From Seison nebaliae (taxonomy: Eukaryota): 57,024 nt of DNA. Made by a program: the position numbers and the translations under genes. This document shows, piece by piece, positions 1 through 14,352 of this stretch (within the stretch, counting starts at the first letter, position 1; every line of letters begins with the position of its first letter). The stretch lies in NCBI GenBank assembly GCA_023231475.1, contig JALJEE010002162.1:62001-119024 (forward strand), read 5' to 3'. The notes beneath the pieces are model-generated. The model was not told where the DNA came from and ran no database searches. It saw only the letters and a program-made list of their open reading frames with translations.

Positions 1-1292
1 AGTTGACTGGAAAATAGTTTCAATGTTTTTTTTATCATTTGATTTGCTGAGGGAGAGGTGTACATGCTTTGGAGAGATAAGTAGTTGTAAAATAATGGAT
101 GTTAAGAGAGAAAGGAAAAGTAATTTTTAATGAAACGATTTGAGATAATTAGAAAATTATGAAGAAGAGGAAACATAGGGAAGAAAATAAATATTTTTGT
201 ATAAGGAAGCGTTGAAAATATGTTAAAAAATAAAAAAGAAATATTTAACAATTTTAATTGTTCAAATTTCTACATTTTTCAAGTGAAAAAGATCGAGTGA
301 AATTTTTTATTTGAAAATTGAAATTTAATTGAATTTTGTTTTATTGAAATTTGCTTCCTCCTTCATCCGTCCTCCAATATAGACGAATAAAGTTGACGTG
401 ATAGCCCTTCCGGACGTAGTTGATGTACTCTACACAATAAGAACAACTCGTTCTTACTCATAGTTCATATCAACTAGATTTATACGTATACATTTGTTAC
501 CCTATTTGTCAATTGCGCAATTATTAACGGCTAGAATCGCGACTCTAGATCGTGATTGACATACGACAAGTTTAGTTGTCACTTCAATGAGTGTGCTCCA
601 GTGTGAGATGTGTGTGTGTGTGCGTGTGAAACGGTGTGTACGTTCTCGTATGTAGCGGGAGGTTGGCGAGTCGTGTTATGTGTGAAACTTTCCTAACGGT
701 ACGGCATACTGTTAACGAATGTATTTCTATGGAATTTCCATTTCCATTTTTTTTCAAAATTATTCAATCCTTTCAAATTATCAATTTCTTATCTTTCCAT
801 TCTTCGAAATGGCTTTATCCATTCCACGTACTCCAACTTACTTGTCTGGCGTATGATTCATAATGAGTGAAACTTATTTCATATTCACTTTTCATTTTTT
901 TCTTCTTCCAATTTTTTTCCACACACAGACGACAGAAAGGGTGATTTGAACGGGAGAATAGACGAACTAGACTCACCATTGGAAAAGGTATATTCGTCCC
1001 AGACAATTTTAGATGAATGAAATCCAAGAAAGGAGAGAAAAACCAAAATTTTCATAAAAAATCTAACCAAATGTGGCAAGCTAAGTGAGTTTTGGTGCTT
1101 TTAAGAGAGAAACTCGACTGAATCACATTTTGTCATTTTGTTTGAAAGAAAACGAAGCTATTGCTTCCTTCCCAATCTCGATCAACGTTGACGAAGAAAA
1201 AAATTAGTTTCATTTACTGGTTATTGGAAGGAGAGAATTAGAACGTAAGAATTGGTACGTCTAAATCATCTGATAATTTTTTTTAACGGATT

Positions 1293-4200
1293 ATGAAAAC
1301 GGATACGGTGCAAATTCAAGATTATTTGGCGTCAGCTTCCAATAATGCTTCAGCATTGTCCAACAACAACAATACAAATTGTCTCTACTCAACGAACGAC
1401 AACTCGAACTATATTGAATCGATTCCAAGGAAGGCAGGTCGACGCAAACAAGAGAAACCGATTAGATTAAATTCGGAAAGAAATCTAATTACAGGGGAAA
1501 GTAATGTGGATATTAGTGTGGGACAGAATGATGGTAGAAGTACGAATGGCATCGTTAACAAATCAGTGGGATTACCACCACAATCTGAATCATCTTCTTC
1601 GTCATCGATTTCATCGACATTCTTAGTATCGAATGAAATGAATCAAATCGATAAGTTGAATAATGAGACAAATTTAAATAATTCTCATTCTACCGCTCCT
1701 CCCACCGTCAATAGAAGTGCTGAAACTTTCATCATAACCACAACCACGTCAGGCACAACGGCTTCCTCGTCCTGTTCATCAGGATCGTGTGACATGAACA
1801 CAGCCAATCAACAAATGGAGGATGAGAGTGACGGACATCGTCTCTCTTATCAGTCGAAGATGATGGAGAATTTATTGTGCAATTCGAATAGTCTATGCAT
1901 TTCCACAACTACCACCACCATCACCAACACTACTACCACAACAACGACAATGAACTATTTGAAGAGAGAGAATGTGGATTATGAATCTAATGTTTATAAT
2001 TCGAATTGTATGATCGATGACGAATACGATTTTTCATTAAATTCTGTCAATCGAAAACGAATGAAAAAGAAGAATCATTTAGATGACGATGAAAATTTAG
2101 ATGATAATTCGGTGAAACATTCAGATAATTATTTGAATTATCATTTATCAAATAATAATAATAATAATAATGATACTTATCAAAATCATCATCATCACCA
2201 TCAACAACAACAACAACAACAACGACATCATCAACGGGAGAATGAAAATATAAATAATTTGAATAATGGAATCATTTGTCCTAACAACGGTTTGAACAAC
2301 AACAACAACAACAACAATAATAATAATAATAATGGTTATAATCAACATCAGAATAATCAGCAGCAACAACAACAACAACAACATCATCATCCCAATCATA
2401 CGAATGGTCCGAATTCATTAAACACTTATAATAATAATAATAATAATAATAATCAAACGAATGTTCAATCGGATTCCTATTGTTTTATTTGTGACAAGTC
2501 GTTTTGTAATAAATATTTCTTACGAACTCACATGGCGAAACGACATCAAATGTCAGCTGATTATATTAAGGCGGAACAGAATATCATCCAATCGAATACA
2601 ATGCCAGTGGTTGATAGTGGATCGACTGATGTTACTAAATATGAGTCAACATCATCATCTCCAACATCGAATGATTTGTTGGGAAATGTGGGAGATCAGA
2701 CATCATTCGTTTCATCCACATTAGACGTGAATGAGAGACGAATGTTGATCATTGATCGATTGAAACAAGAAGTTGGTGTTAATGACAAGAGTAGTTTGGT
2801 GGGAGAAATGTTGACATCATCTCTCAATTTGCCGGAAGGAATTCTGGAGAAGTTAGCACAAAGTAATCTTTGTTCATCCATCAAAAGTGAAGATGTTCGA
2901 CGATCCAACAACGTTCTTTCCACCACTCTTCCATCCAATACCGTAACGAATGGTATCAATCACCATCACCATCACAACCACAACCACCATCAACAACAAC
3001 AACAACAACAACAACATGATCATCATCATCCGCGACAACATCAGTCACATCAGAATCCTTCGAAATATTCGGAAGATTTTTGTGAAGTATGTCAGAAACA
3101 TTTTTGTAATAAATATTATTTGAAGAAACATAAACAAGATGTTCATGGTATTACTATTGAGAATTATTCGAATAAATGTTATCAACGTTCTGATTATTTG
3201 CAACAATCATCTACCACCTCCAATACCATATCAATGACAGCATCTGTTGCACCAACATCAACTAATAATGACATGTCGATGGATATCGATGAATTAGATA
3301 TGGAACAACAACAAAGATTATTTAACAGTAATTCTCCTTTATCATCAAATTTATTGCCAATATCATCTACTGCCTCAACACCAACAACCACATCGGAGAG
3401 TGAACGAGACAAAGCTTTAAATTCTTTATCTCAAGTTCTTCTCAAAACGTCGACATTACAGAATTTGATGAGATTAAATCGACCTAAAGAATATGCTGAT
3501 CTTTCCACTTATTTCCGACCACCAAATGATGATGGAAAAGAGAATAATGAAATTGATACATCCAATATTGCTGAACGATCTATTTTACAATTGTTGGTGA
3601 AAGGAGCACAAAAAACATCGACCAATTCCGTTTCGACTTCTATGAGTCAAATAGTGAATCAATTACGATTAGATAATGGGAAGAATGATGTGATGGATCA
3701 ATCGAATGATATCGATCAAAATGTTGATTATGAGAATTGTGAAATAAATGACAAAAGTTCTATCTCCTCCACCATCTCTGGTGTTTGCACTTCAATTTCT
3801 TCCGCTCTTAATTCCACAACGATTGGACAACTTATCTCTTCTAGTTCGACAACTATCACCGCTATATCATCATCGGCCATTTCTCTCCAATCATCTTCCT
3901 CATCCGTCTGTTCTTCCACGTCCAATGGACAAGTAACAGCAGCAGCAGCAGCTGCGGCTAACGGAGATTGGAAGCAATTGGAAGTGTTATTACAAGATCA
4001 GAATATGAAGAATTTATTAAATAAATGTGTATCAAAAGAATCGTCATCTCAACAAAAACAAAATGGACAACAAAATGTATTAAAAGCTGCTGCAATGGCA
4101 GCACTTCTCTTTCAAACAGTGGATCGATTTCAAAAGACGAATGATGGAGATGATCGTTCGAATAAATCGTCGACAGAAACAGATAACGAAATGACTCGTC

Positions 4201-5892
4201 CTTCCACTCACGATAATAATGATTCCAATATAACAGTTAGTTGTGGAATATGCAAAAAAGAATTTTTCAATCAACGTTTCCTCCAAATGCACATGGAGAA
4301 GAAGCATCGATATCGTCCTAATGGAAATCAAATGTCTTCCGAAATCCAATCTAGTAATGATCTAATGTCGGATTTGTTGACACTCTGTCAACAATCGAAC
4401 GAAACGGATAAAACGATATTGAGCAATAACGGAATTGTCATTGATCGTGAACAATTGTTAAGTACATTGAAATTGAAGGGAGAGAAATCGGTTTATGATC
4501 ATCTTCTCACCACAACATCAGTCACTTCGCTTGTGACGAATACGAGTGCTAACACTTCCACCAACATCACTTCCAATACTACTACACCCACATCCAACAG
4601 TCGAACTCGAGCGACGAAATATATTACGAACAATAAATTGAAAGAAGAACAAAGAAAAGATCAATTTATTTTGAATCAATTCGTTAAAATGGAGAATTTA
4701 CAACCAGGATTAACCAATAATCCTAAACTCGTCTCATCCGCTACATCCGCTGCTAATACATATTTCGCTGCGAAAATGGCCGATCGTGTTCAATGTGATA
4801 TTTGTAATAAACAAGTATGTAACAAATATTTCTTAAAGACTCACAAAATGAAAGTACATGGTGTCCAACCAAATTCTTCCACATCCAACATTAATAACAA
4901 TTCGACGATATCATCACAAATGGCACCGTCGTCTTCATTAGGCACATCGATTTCTTGTTCATTGACAACGGCTACATCATCATCCATCGCCACATCATGT
5001 CAACAGAATGTGGGAGTTTCATCTATGAACAATTCGAATTTATCAATTAATTCTTATTTGCAAACCATTTCGTCTTTGGCTGCTGTCATGACAACTCAAT
5101 CATCTGGAACATCGGCAGGTGGTGGTAGTGGTGTCGTTGTACAATCGCTCGCTTCCAATTGTCAACATCCATCAACATCGACATCTGTAGCCTTTTCAAA
5201 CATTTTCAATAATCTCTGTTCAGCAACGACATTTCCATCATCATCATCCTCTTCTTCTTCTTCTTCTTCTTCTTCTTCGTCTTCTTCCTCCTCCTCCTCC
5301 TCTTCATCATCATCATCATTATCATTATCTTCTCTCTCACCGTCGAATGGTTGTGGGAAGGCTGTTCCATTAACCGCTTCCGCACCAATTAAAAATAACG
5401 AGAATTTCACTTCAAACAACAACAACAACAACAACAATAATCATCAGATGATAAATAATGTGAGTACGGAAGAGAATTATAAAACGACGTTTGAGAATGA
5501 GAGTGAACGATCGAAACGTTCGTCGTATCGGAAAGAGATTTGTATTGATGCCGATTCTTATTGTAATATTTGTCGACGACAATTAAGTTCGAAATACTTC
5601 TTGAAAGTTCATCAATATAATATGCATAATGTGAAGACGCCGGGAGCTAATTTGAATGGTTATGGAGCATCGAAAAAATTACGAGAACGAATTCAACAAG
5701 AGAATGATGCTATGCAACAATCAAAACGATTACGTCGAGATGACGATTATAATCGGAAACATAATCTCTTAACATCCACATCTTTTAATAGTGAAAATAT
5801 GAATATTCCTCCCAATCATCAATATCGACAACAAGAAAGAAATCAAAAATCGAATCAAAAGAAATTTTCTGATCATGGAAATAATTATGTGC

Positions 5893-5923
<31 letters not shown>

Positions 5924-7568
5924 GCAGCAACAACTACAACAACAACAACAACAAACAATTTATGATAAGAATGATGAAGATGAGAATGAAATATCGGATG
6001 ATGATGATGAACAACATCAACATGAACGTCAACGAGAACAACATGAACAGATATCGATTGAGCAACGAAGTCAAGTGAATGACGAGACGTCAAAGAATAA
6101 TGTGGAGATGAAACATGTATGTCATGTGTGTGGGGAAGAGGTGAAGAATCGATTTTCACTCGCTTGCCATTTAATGGAATGTCATTCGATTTATAATCTC
6201 TTCTATCCCAAACAATCATTCCGATATGATGTGCCATTTGTTCAGAATGAGAATGAGACACTCTCATCACCCTCCACCATTTGTGGCATGGGAGAAAGTG
6301 AGAATTTATCTGGCGAGAAGAATGATCATGTGAAATATTTGCCATTTGAAGTCGTCGATTGTAAGTCATATGAAGACGATGCTTCTTATATTCTTCCATC
6401 GACCACACTCTATTTGCCCATTCACCATCATCTTCCCATTGACACATCCAATCGACCCACTCGATTAACGATCACACTCGAAATTCAAAAATCAGCTCAT
6501 CAGAACTATAATCGAGATATCACTTTCCAATCATCGAATCAAGACCATGAGGTTGAAGAGAACAAAACGATAGAAACGGAGAAAGTGAACGAGAAGAATA
6601 ATCTCGATAATAATTTGGATGATAATCAACAAACAGATATCGAATCACAAGAAGACGATGAAGGAGGACGAATTGATGTTAACGGAATGAATCCATATTC
6701 GAGTGACGATTTAGATGAAGTGATGGAAGGAGATGAAGATAAAAATCATCTGTCTCCTCATCCAATTAACAATTCGCCCACTCCAATCCATAACAACAAC
6801 GATGTCAACGATGATGACGACGACGACGACGACATGTTAAATAATGAGAATGAATTAGTTCTATCCAATCATAACAATAATTCGGAGAATGTCCATTTGT
6901 CGGTGAATTTGAAAGATTTGTCTGATCTTTCTTCCTCTTCTTCTTTGGCGTCAGCTGATACGACATGTCGGTCGATGGGAGAAGAAGTGCCCACTCAATC
7001 TACGAACGATGATCATGTTCATATATCGAAAGTAAAGGAAAATTATGAGAATGATTATCTTTCCTCCTCCTCCTCTTCTTACGTTCCATTCAGTAGTGAG
7101 GATCGATCAAAATCCAACGAACATATTCCCGCCACTCCCATTCAAGTCTATCATTCCGATGTTGATGACATTCATTCATCTAACGATATTCAACAACAAA
7201 GTATTAATAAGGACATAGAGAAAGTGGATGACACATCATATCATCAGCAAATGGAATTGGATTTGAAGCCGAAAGAACAATCGTCATCAGACTCTCCGTT
7301 ATTGTCTTCCGCTTCCGAATCATCTGTATCAGATTTCGATGATACATCCAAACATCATTTCTCTCATCAAATGGAATTGGATAATAAGATGGATGACGAA
7401 TCGGAACAATCAATCAACGATTATCGAGATGCCAGTGAATCGGAAGATCTCTACCATCATCATCATCAGTCGAATGTGATGGAAGTAGCAACTACACACC
7501 AATATCATCATCATCATCATCATCATCATCAATATCATCATCCGAACGAACAACCATCGACACCATAA
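1293..7568 (+). CDS. Intronless 2091-aa C2H2 zinc-finger protein with six widely spaced single fingers in N/Q/H/S-rich low-complexity sequence (probable transcription factor)
   Basis: Fingers CFICDKSFCNKYFLRTHMAKRH, CEVCQKHFCNKYYLKKHKQDVH, CGICKKEFFNQRFLQMHMEKKH, CDICNKQVCNKYFLKTHKMKVH, CNICRRQLSSKYFLKVHQYNMH, CHVCGEEVKNRFSLACHLMECH; uninterrupted 6.3-kb ORF. Confidence 0.9.
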
Positions 7569-8209
7569 AGTGAAAACGTTGTTAGATGAATAGAAAAAAA
7601 ATGATCTTTAAAAAGAAGAGATTTTTATTTGAACGAAAATATTTATTCATCTCTCACAATATATTTTATCTTTATTCAACATAATTTTTATGCAATTCAT
7701 GTTAAACATTAGAATGATGCAACCAAATAACAATTATGATCTCCACAAAATGAACCGATGCAATTTCAAAGATCTCATCCAAAAATCATCGATCAGATTT
7801 AGAAGAAGACGAGAGATATTTGATTTTTCTATTTATCATTCATTCTTCATCACCAAACCAACTGAGAATGTTTTCATTTTAATAAATTTTCCTTTTTCAG
7901 ATTTCACCCATTCATCTAATTATGACAAATTATTCTTATTATTATATTCACTTCCCGCGACCATATCTACACACTCACCTTCCTCCCATATTGTCCTCCT
8001 CTTCCTCCTCCTTCTCCTCCTTCAAGTTCATATCTACTTTTAATGCGACAATGAAGACCGTTTATTCTTTTATTCGACAAACAATTTCTTGTCGTACATA
8101 TTATCCCATTCTTTAAGCGCATACATATTTACACATACGCACATTCAACTATCGAATCGAGTTATTTCTCATTATCTTCTACTCATCCACCACCACCACC
8201 ACCATCATC

Positions 8210-8241
<32 letters not shown>

Positions 8242-10559
8242 CCACATACAAAGATATTTCTAACTCTATCATTAGTCAATGCTCGATTATGTCAGACTCG
8301 TCATACAATATTTCGATAAAGAAGTTTTGGAGGTGATCAATATTGGAAGAGAAGATATGGATGAATGAAATAAGAAGAAGAAACGAAAGAAGAATAATAA
8401 TTATTATCTTCATATCCATTGTCATCATATCTTATTAAATTCATCCGATTCGATTCAATTATAATATTATGCTCGCAATACTATTTTTTGCTTGTTTTTT
8501 TTAGTCTCATTTTATTCTATTTTCATGTTAATCGATTTTATTTTATTTTTAAAAAGATTTTCCACAACTTTTTCATCATTTTCATTCATTCTTATACACA
8601 ACTTTATTTCTTCCCAATTTCCGTTTAAGCAGTTGAAATGCATGAACAGTTCTAGTCTTTATTTTCTTATGCAATTCTCTCCGTTTCTCTATTTTTGAAC
8701 AAACAGAAAGAAAAAAAAACTTTAAAAAATTTAATGAACTTCAAATTTCCGAAGCTTCTTCCTCCGAGAATATCTCATAATATTTAAAAAATTTTCCTTT
8801 TTATTCTGATTCGATCTATATATTTTTTTCATATTCTCCTCATTTTTCTTACTTTAGCGTGTTCTCATTCTCTTCCCACACACATACACACACATACACA
8901 AACACACAAATATATATTTACATCAAACCACAAATGTCATGCAACAATTCAGGTTTAATCTCAACAATTCAACGCAACTCCATTCTAAATATTCTTCGCA
9001 TTCCTTATAAACCTCTGACTTTTAATGGACGTGATTTCTTTCTGTTTAACGATTCCCATTCCTGAAAGCCAATCTGCCATCAATGAACATGAGAGGAATA
9101 TTCCAATATATGTTCAATGTATGATAACGGGAGATGTTGATGGTCATGAGAAAATTTATTGGTATGAAGAAGAGTCAAGACAAATGTCGGCAGCATAAAT
9201 ATCAGCAACTTATAAATAACGAGAACTTATCTATTTATTATAAATTTTCTGTAATTCTCTTATTTTCCTCTTTTTCATTTTGTATTAAATGTTCATCTTC
9301 ACCTTCCTACTATCCAAATCTTCCTTCCTTTCATATCACCAATTCGATCATTTGGTATCAAATACATTTTTATTGACAAGCAATCAAACGCGTTGATTTG
9401 ATCATATAAAAATTGATTATCATTTCACATCGTTTCTGTCTCTCTTCATCAATTCTACCACTAACATATATCCACCAACCGGACCTTCATGTTCATTTTC
9501 TTCTCAATCATCCCAAATCTCGGAACAACTCTTCAAATATCTCATGAAAACCAAGAGAGAGAGAGAGAGAGAGACACTCTGGACAATGGAAAGAATCGGT
9601 AAGAACATAAGAAAAAGAAGCGAGAAGTATTTAATTAGTTTGGACAGGAAACAAATGAAGAAAACTCGTCTATGTTAGCGTCCACGACTCTTTAGTTTTG
9701 GGAGAGGAACATCCATTCGAACATCATCAGTCACAATAAGTGACAATTAATATTATAATTTTCGTTAAATTTTTTCTTCAACTTTCGCCATAATAACAAG
9801 AGATCTATATTCATTCTTTCTATTCATTCATATGTACACATCTTTCTATGTTTCTCCGAAAACTTCGAACTTAATTCTTTAATGCTTCCTACTTATTTTT
9901 GTATTCTTCAAAAATTGAATTTTTTCATAAAAAATTAATTCTTCTCAAAGGTACCTCTCAAAAATTTTAATGATCGATTATTTTTCGAGTTTGCTTTACT
10001 TCATTAATGTTCTGCACTCACAAGAAATTTAGCAGACTTTTATAAAACATCCTTCAATCTCACTTAATTGTGACGAAGAATACATAATACTATATACTGT
10101 ATATATATAATATTATCTAACATTTATTACAAATTTTGTTATACTCCGATTATCCAACTTCAAAGATTTAGTAATTGTTTATAACGTTCGCCTTCTAACT
10201 GCGTTCAAATTCTGATTTAACAAATTCTGATAATTGAGAGAAATCTTTAGTAGTTTTTCCAGGGAATTTGCATAAAAGTAGACCTCATCATTTCTTTCTT
10301 TAGAAAAATAATTTCCTTATAGAACTTCGATCTTGAACACCATCAATTAGTTTACACGGACCATTACACCACGCTTCTTTATCTTACCTTTACTTTCTTG
10401 CAACATTTAGCAAAATAAACCATAAACCGCTTACATATATATATATATATGTGTATACTATAACCATTACTAGAGACCACAATATAACTATAAATTCCGA
10501 TAATCAGCTTTAATGTCCGCGGTCCAAGTGGACTTATCAAATTTATCCATAAGTTAAGT

Positions 10560-11222
10560 AAGTTTGATGTGGTATTAGGACAGGAACGATGGATAATATC
10601 TTCTGACTCCTGAATGAACTGACTTCACATTCTTTTCAGATTGTTCCGGCTATTTCTGCAAACAGTTTTACTGGAGATGGAGATACCAAAGAGAAGATAT
10701 TCTGCACAAATCATGATCCTCGTCAGAATCGGTTTACAGTGTTATAATTTTAGAATATAATGCCAATATAGATATTTCCCTCTGAAAAGGATGATTTGCA
10801 ACGAAACTGTATTTTTTGGTTGTTTGATAGATAAGCGGAAAATAAATTCGTCCGTTTTCGACAACATACCGTTTTGTAACATTCTCCTGTTTCGCATTGT
10901 AGAACCACCACGTTTTTCGGTTATTCTGTTTGAGCAGTGCCTCACGCTGTTGGAAAACATTCTGAATTCAGTGTTTCTTTTTCTGGAATTCTCTCAATGT
11001 GAGCAATGTAATAGTTATTCTCGTTATTTTTGTTATTACCTTCGAATAACATATCCTGCATCTCTTTCTGATTTCATACGTATGCCGGTAAGATTTAACT
11101 TGGATGAGTGTGTAACGGATACTCTTCTTTCTCTCATTCTATTTGGCCGTCAGCTCATTCACAATAACAATTGTGGGATCTTACCAATTTTTAGCGCATT
11201 TATTTTCCATTTTATAACTTAG
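10560..11222 (-). mobile_element. Possible degenerate transposon remnant (piggyBac-like C-terminal Cys-rich segment)
   Basis: Minus strand reads RKRCRICYSK at ~11040-11069 and, in another frame, HCSH* at ~10994-11008; stops and frameshifts present. No TIR or DDD core seen. Confidence 0.2.
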
Positions 11223-11403
11223 CCAAAGCTAGGATTGTTTTTGAAAAAATAATATTAATGTTAAGGGATATAGCAAGGGAGCACCACAAGTGAGTTCATA
11301 ACATTCGGTATGCGTCACTAATTATGTGACAAACCTAATTGTACAAATTATGATAATTTGTTATGAAATTAATTTGCCCTGTTTAATATATCTATTAAAA
11401 TTT

Positions 11404-11515
11404 GGGCGTGCGCAGCGCAGTAGTCTACGCAGGTTCCACGCATTTATGCGATACAATGTACCCTGCATTTGATACGAAAATTATATTGGGGCGTGCGTAG
11501 CGCAGTGGTCTATGC
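11404..11515 (+). repeat. Imperfect 27-bp GC-rich direct repeat, two copies
   Basis: gggcgtgcgcagcgcagtagtctacgc (11404-11430) vs gggcgtgcgtagcgcagtggtctatgc (11489-11515). Confidence 0.8.
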
Positions 11516-12069
11516 GTAAGGATCGTAAGGAAGGAGATCACTCAAACAATATTCAATTGTCCAGATTGGGATTTCAAAAGAAAAAAAAATTAGGATCATT
11601 GACTGACTTGTGAGTTGTTAACGATGTGAATTATCTAACTGTAACTAAGGGACTAACAAAGGGATTGACTAACAAGCGACTAAATCACTAAAATGATAGT
11701 CATATCTGGTAAATGTTCTGTGATAAGATCAATATCGAATAATCCTTCCAACAATATCATGGGTAAAAAACATTATTTTGAAAAGAATTTTTATGTTTTT
11801 TTTATGTAAGATATTATTAACTTTAGAATGATAAAGTCGAAATATATGAGGGATATACATTTATAAACAAAAAACAAACCTACATAAAACCCCAAAATGT
11901 TACCTTGGATAAATGGGATTTTAATGAGTAAATTAAAAAGAATAACTTTTATAAGTTATGTAATGAAAATAATTGAAATTACTATCCTAATTTTTTATTT
12001 GCTTACCAATAAACTGTTATTTTTTTTATTATAATTGAGGGTTTGAAAAATTTTTAATATTCATTAAAG

Positions 12070-12132
12070 AATTAAAGATATGTCATGGATTGGAGATGCA
12101 CAATTAAAGATATGTCATGGATTGGAGATGCA
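12070..12132 (+). repeat. Perfect 31-bp tandem duplication upstream of a TATA-like box
   Basis: aattaaagatatgtcatggattggagatgca at 12070-12100 and 12102-12132; tataaata at ~12148. Confidence 0.9.
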
Positions 12133-12219
12133 AAATAAAAGGTCCGTCTATAAATAGATATCGAAAACTCTTAGAAAATCATTATCAACCATTCGAAAAC
12201 TATTTCATTGATTTTGAAA

Positions 12220-13691
12220 ATGTTTACCATCCATAAACCGCTTACCACAGATCCAAGTGAGAAAAATGAAAAGAAGTTTCGAATTGAATTTCTTCCGATT
12301 ACTAACAATCTCGTTTTTCCTTTTTAATTTTTAGACGAAAAACAGCTTTCGCTGGCGGAGTAATTATAATATCAGCCGTTGTTATTCTTTGTGGTTCTGG
12401 CGTGGCAGTAGCAACAGTAACTTCGAACAACGATTCTACATCACAAGTGGTTAATGAAACAACATCATCGTCTATTACCGAACGCACTAGTGATTTTTTC
12501 ATTGAAACATTTAAACCTGAACATGGAACGAATTCTAATGATAAAGCGAATTCTAATAATGAAGGTGACGAGAAGGCAAATTCTAATGATGGAGGTGATG
12601 GTAATGTTATCATAATTCATCTGGACAATGGGAACTCCAACGACAATGATAATGAAATGGAAAATCAAAATTTCAATTCGAATGATAATTCGAATGTTAA
12701 CCATAATGTAAACAATAATCTTAATGAAAACATTAATAACAATGATAATAATAATAATAATAATCATGGTTATGACGATAATAATAATTACGATTATCAC
12801 GATCATACTCATCATGATTACCACGGTCATAATAATCATGATTATACCGATTTTGAGAAATCATCGAAAAATTATGTGGAGGAAACTACAGAAGAAGTAT
12901 ATTGGACAGAAACACCATCAACGATGACGACGACAATTACAACCACACAATACAAATGTTATTCTACAGAGGGAACACAACCAACGAGAAAAAATCTTCT
13001 TTATGGTCAACCTTATGAAGAAATATTCCACTGGAACAGCGGTGTCATTCGAATTAATAATCTAGATCCGAAATTAGCATTTGCTATTTCAGCGAACGCC
13101 GCTGTTATAGCAAGTAACATACTTTATAGTAGAATCGACGTACTTACTACATCATTCAACTATCTCGTTGATAACTGTGAAGAGCAAACGGCAACAGATT
13201 TAAAAATTACTAAAATACCAAATATTCCTTTTTATTTAATTAAAGGAATAGAAACACGTTTTGAACCGGCAGACCGTTTAAGTTTTTTGTACAGAGATGC
13301 TGTCAATAATGGAGTATTATTCATCTTTTATAGTTACTTTTTAACTATAACATTGATTGTATGAAATTCTAATTATCTTTTTATAGCTACTGGAGAAGAA
13401 GAAATTATTATGGGTGACGCTTTAGAACTGGTCACCGATAATCGATTTAATGGTGCAGTACAGTTTAAACCAATCTCTTCATGTCTTGGTTGGAATACAT
13501 TTCTCAACGAAGGAGAGGTTTTCGGATTCTTAATGACCTCAGAGGGGAAAGTGTTCCATTATATCAAAGGATTTGAAGAAAATGGTGATTATTGTATAGT
13601 TCAAACGGCAATTTTGTATGAAGAGATAAGGGATATTGATCTAGGTTTAATAAGAGAAATGGGATATGAAACAATGTTTGAAGTACGATAA
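12220..13691 (+). CDS. Three-exon uncharacterised type II membrane / signal-anchor protein with N/D/H-rich stalk and globular C-terminal region
   Basis: ATG 12220; phase-consistent intron 12276-12334 (contains actaac) gives ...EKKRKTAFAGGVIIISAVVILCGSGVAVA (basic residues then hydrophobic span). A second intron at ~13334-13386 joins ORF 13410-13691. Confidence 0.7.
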
Positions 13692-14352
13692 AGAAATAAA
13701 TAAACTAATAAATATTAACCATGTTAGCAATCCGCCGATTACGTTCAAATGTTCAGTTCCATATAAAATCAATAGGATTTTTTTAGTACATTGAATCTTC
13801 TTGTCCTACTCTCTCCGACTTATTATCAACGCTATTTTTTTCTTAAAATTTTCCTCATTTTTTCTTTGTCTTTTCTGCTTCAACGCAATTATTTCACTCT
13901 TCCTTCTTATTACTATCGTCCACATCGTTAATCTTATTTGATATATTTCCATTTTCATTTAATTTCTTGCTTTTTCGTTCATCTTTCCAAATTTCATTAA
14001 ACAAACATTCTGTTGAGTTACTACTATAATCGGGTTGAAATTGGCAAACTCTAATAGATGCAGTTGAAAATGTCACGTTCTATTATTCTTCACATTTTAT
14101 ATCCCCTTCTAATAAACTTAATATAGTTATTCTAGATATACAGCTGTATTCAAAAGTAATCGGACAAAATTCGATTTTTTAAAAATTCTCATAACTTTCT
14201 TCAAATTAATCATCTATTCAAGCTCTTTCTAACAGTCCTAATTTCGAGAACAATTCATGTAAAATTCGTTCCTAAACTGTTCATAAGACTTGTTATTCTC
14301 TTTTTTCGACCTGTCGAATGTTAAAAATATTATTTGCACTGAAAACGAGAAA

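Noticed and set aside
496..506. Telomerase RNA template (ttaccctat)
   Set aside because: Not a 1.5x repeat template, and no adjacent telomerase-type pseudoknot identified.
2148..7413. Short antisense and alternate-frame ORFs over the zinc-finger gene (likewise over CHAF1A, KDM5-like and the nested gene)
   Set aside because: Shadow ORFs produced by trinucleotide and low-complexity repeats.
7690..9600. Short ORFs with poly-H/Q and hydrophobic stretches
   Set aside because: AT-rich UTR-like DNA with microsatellites; no coherent splice structure or homology.
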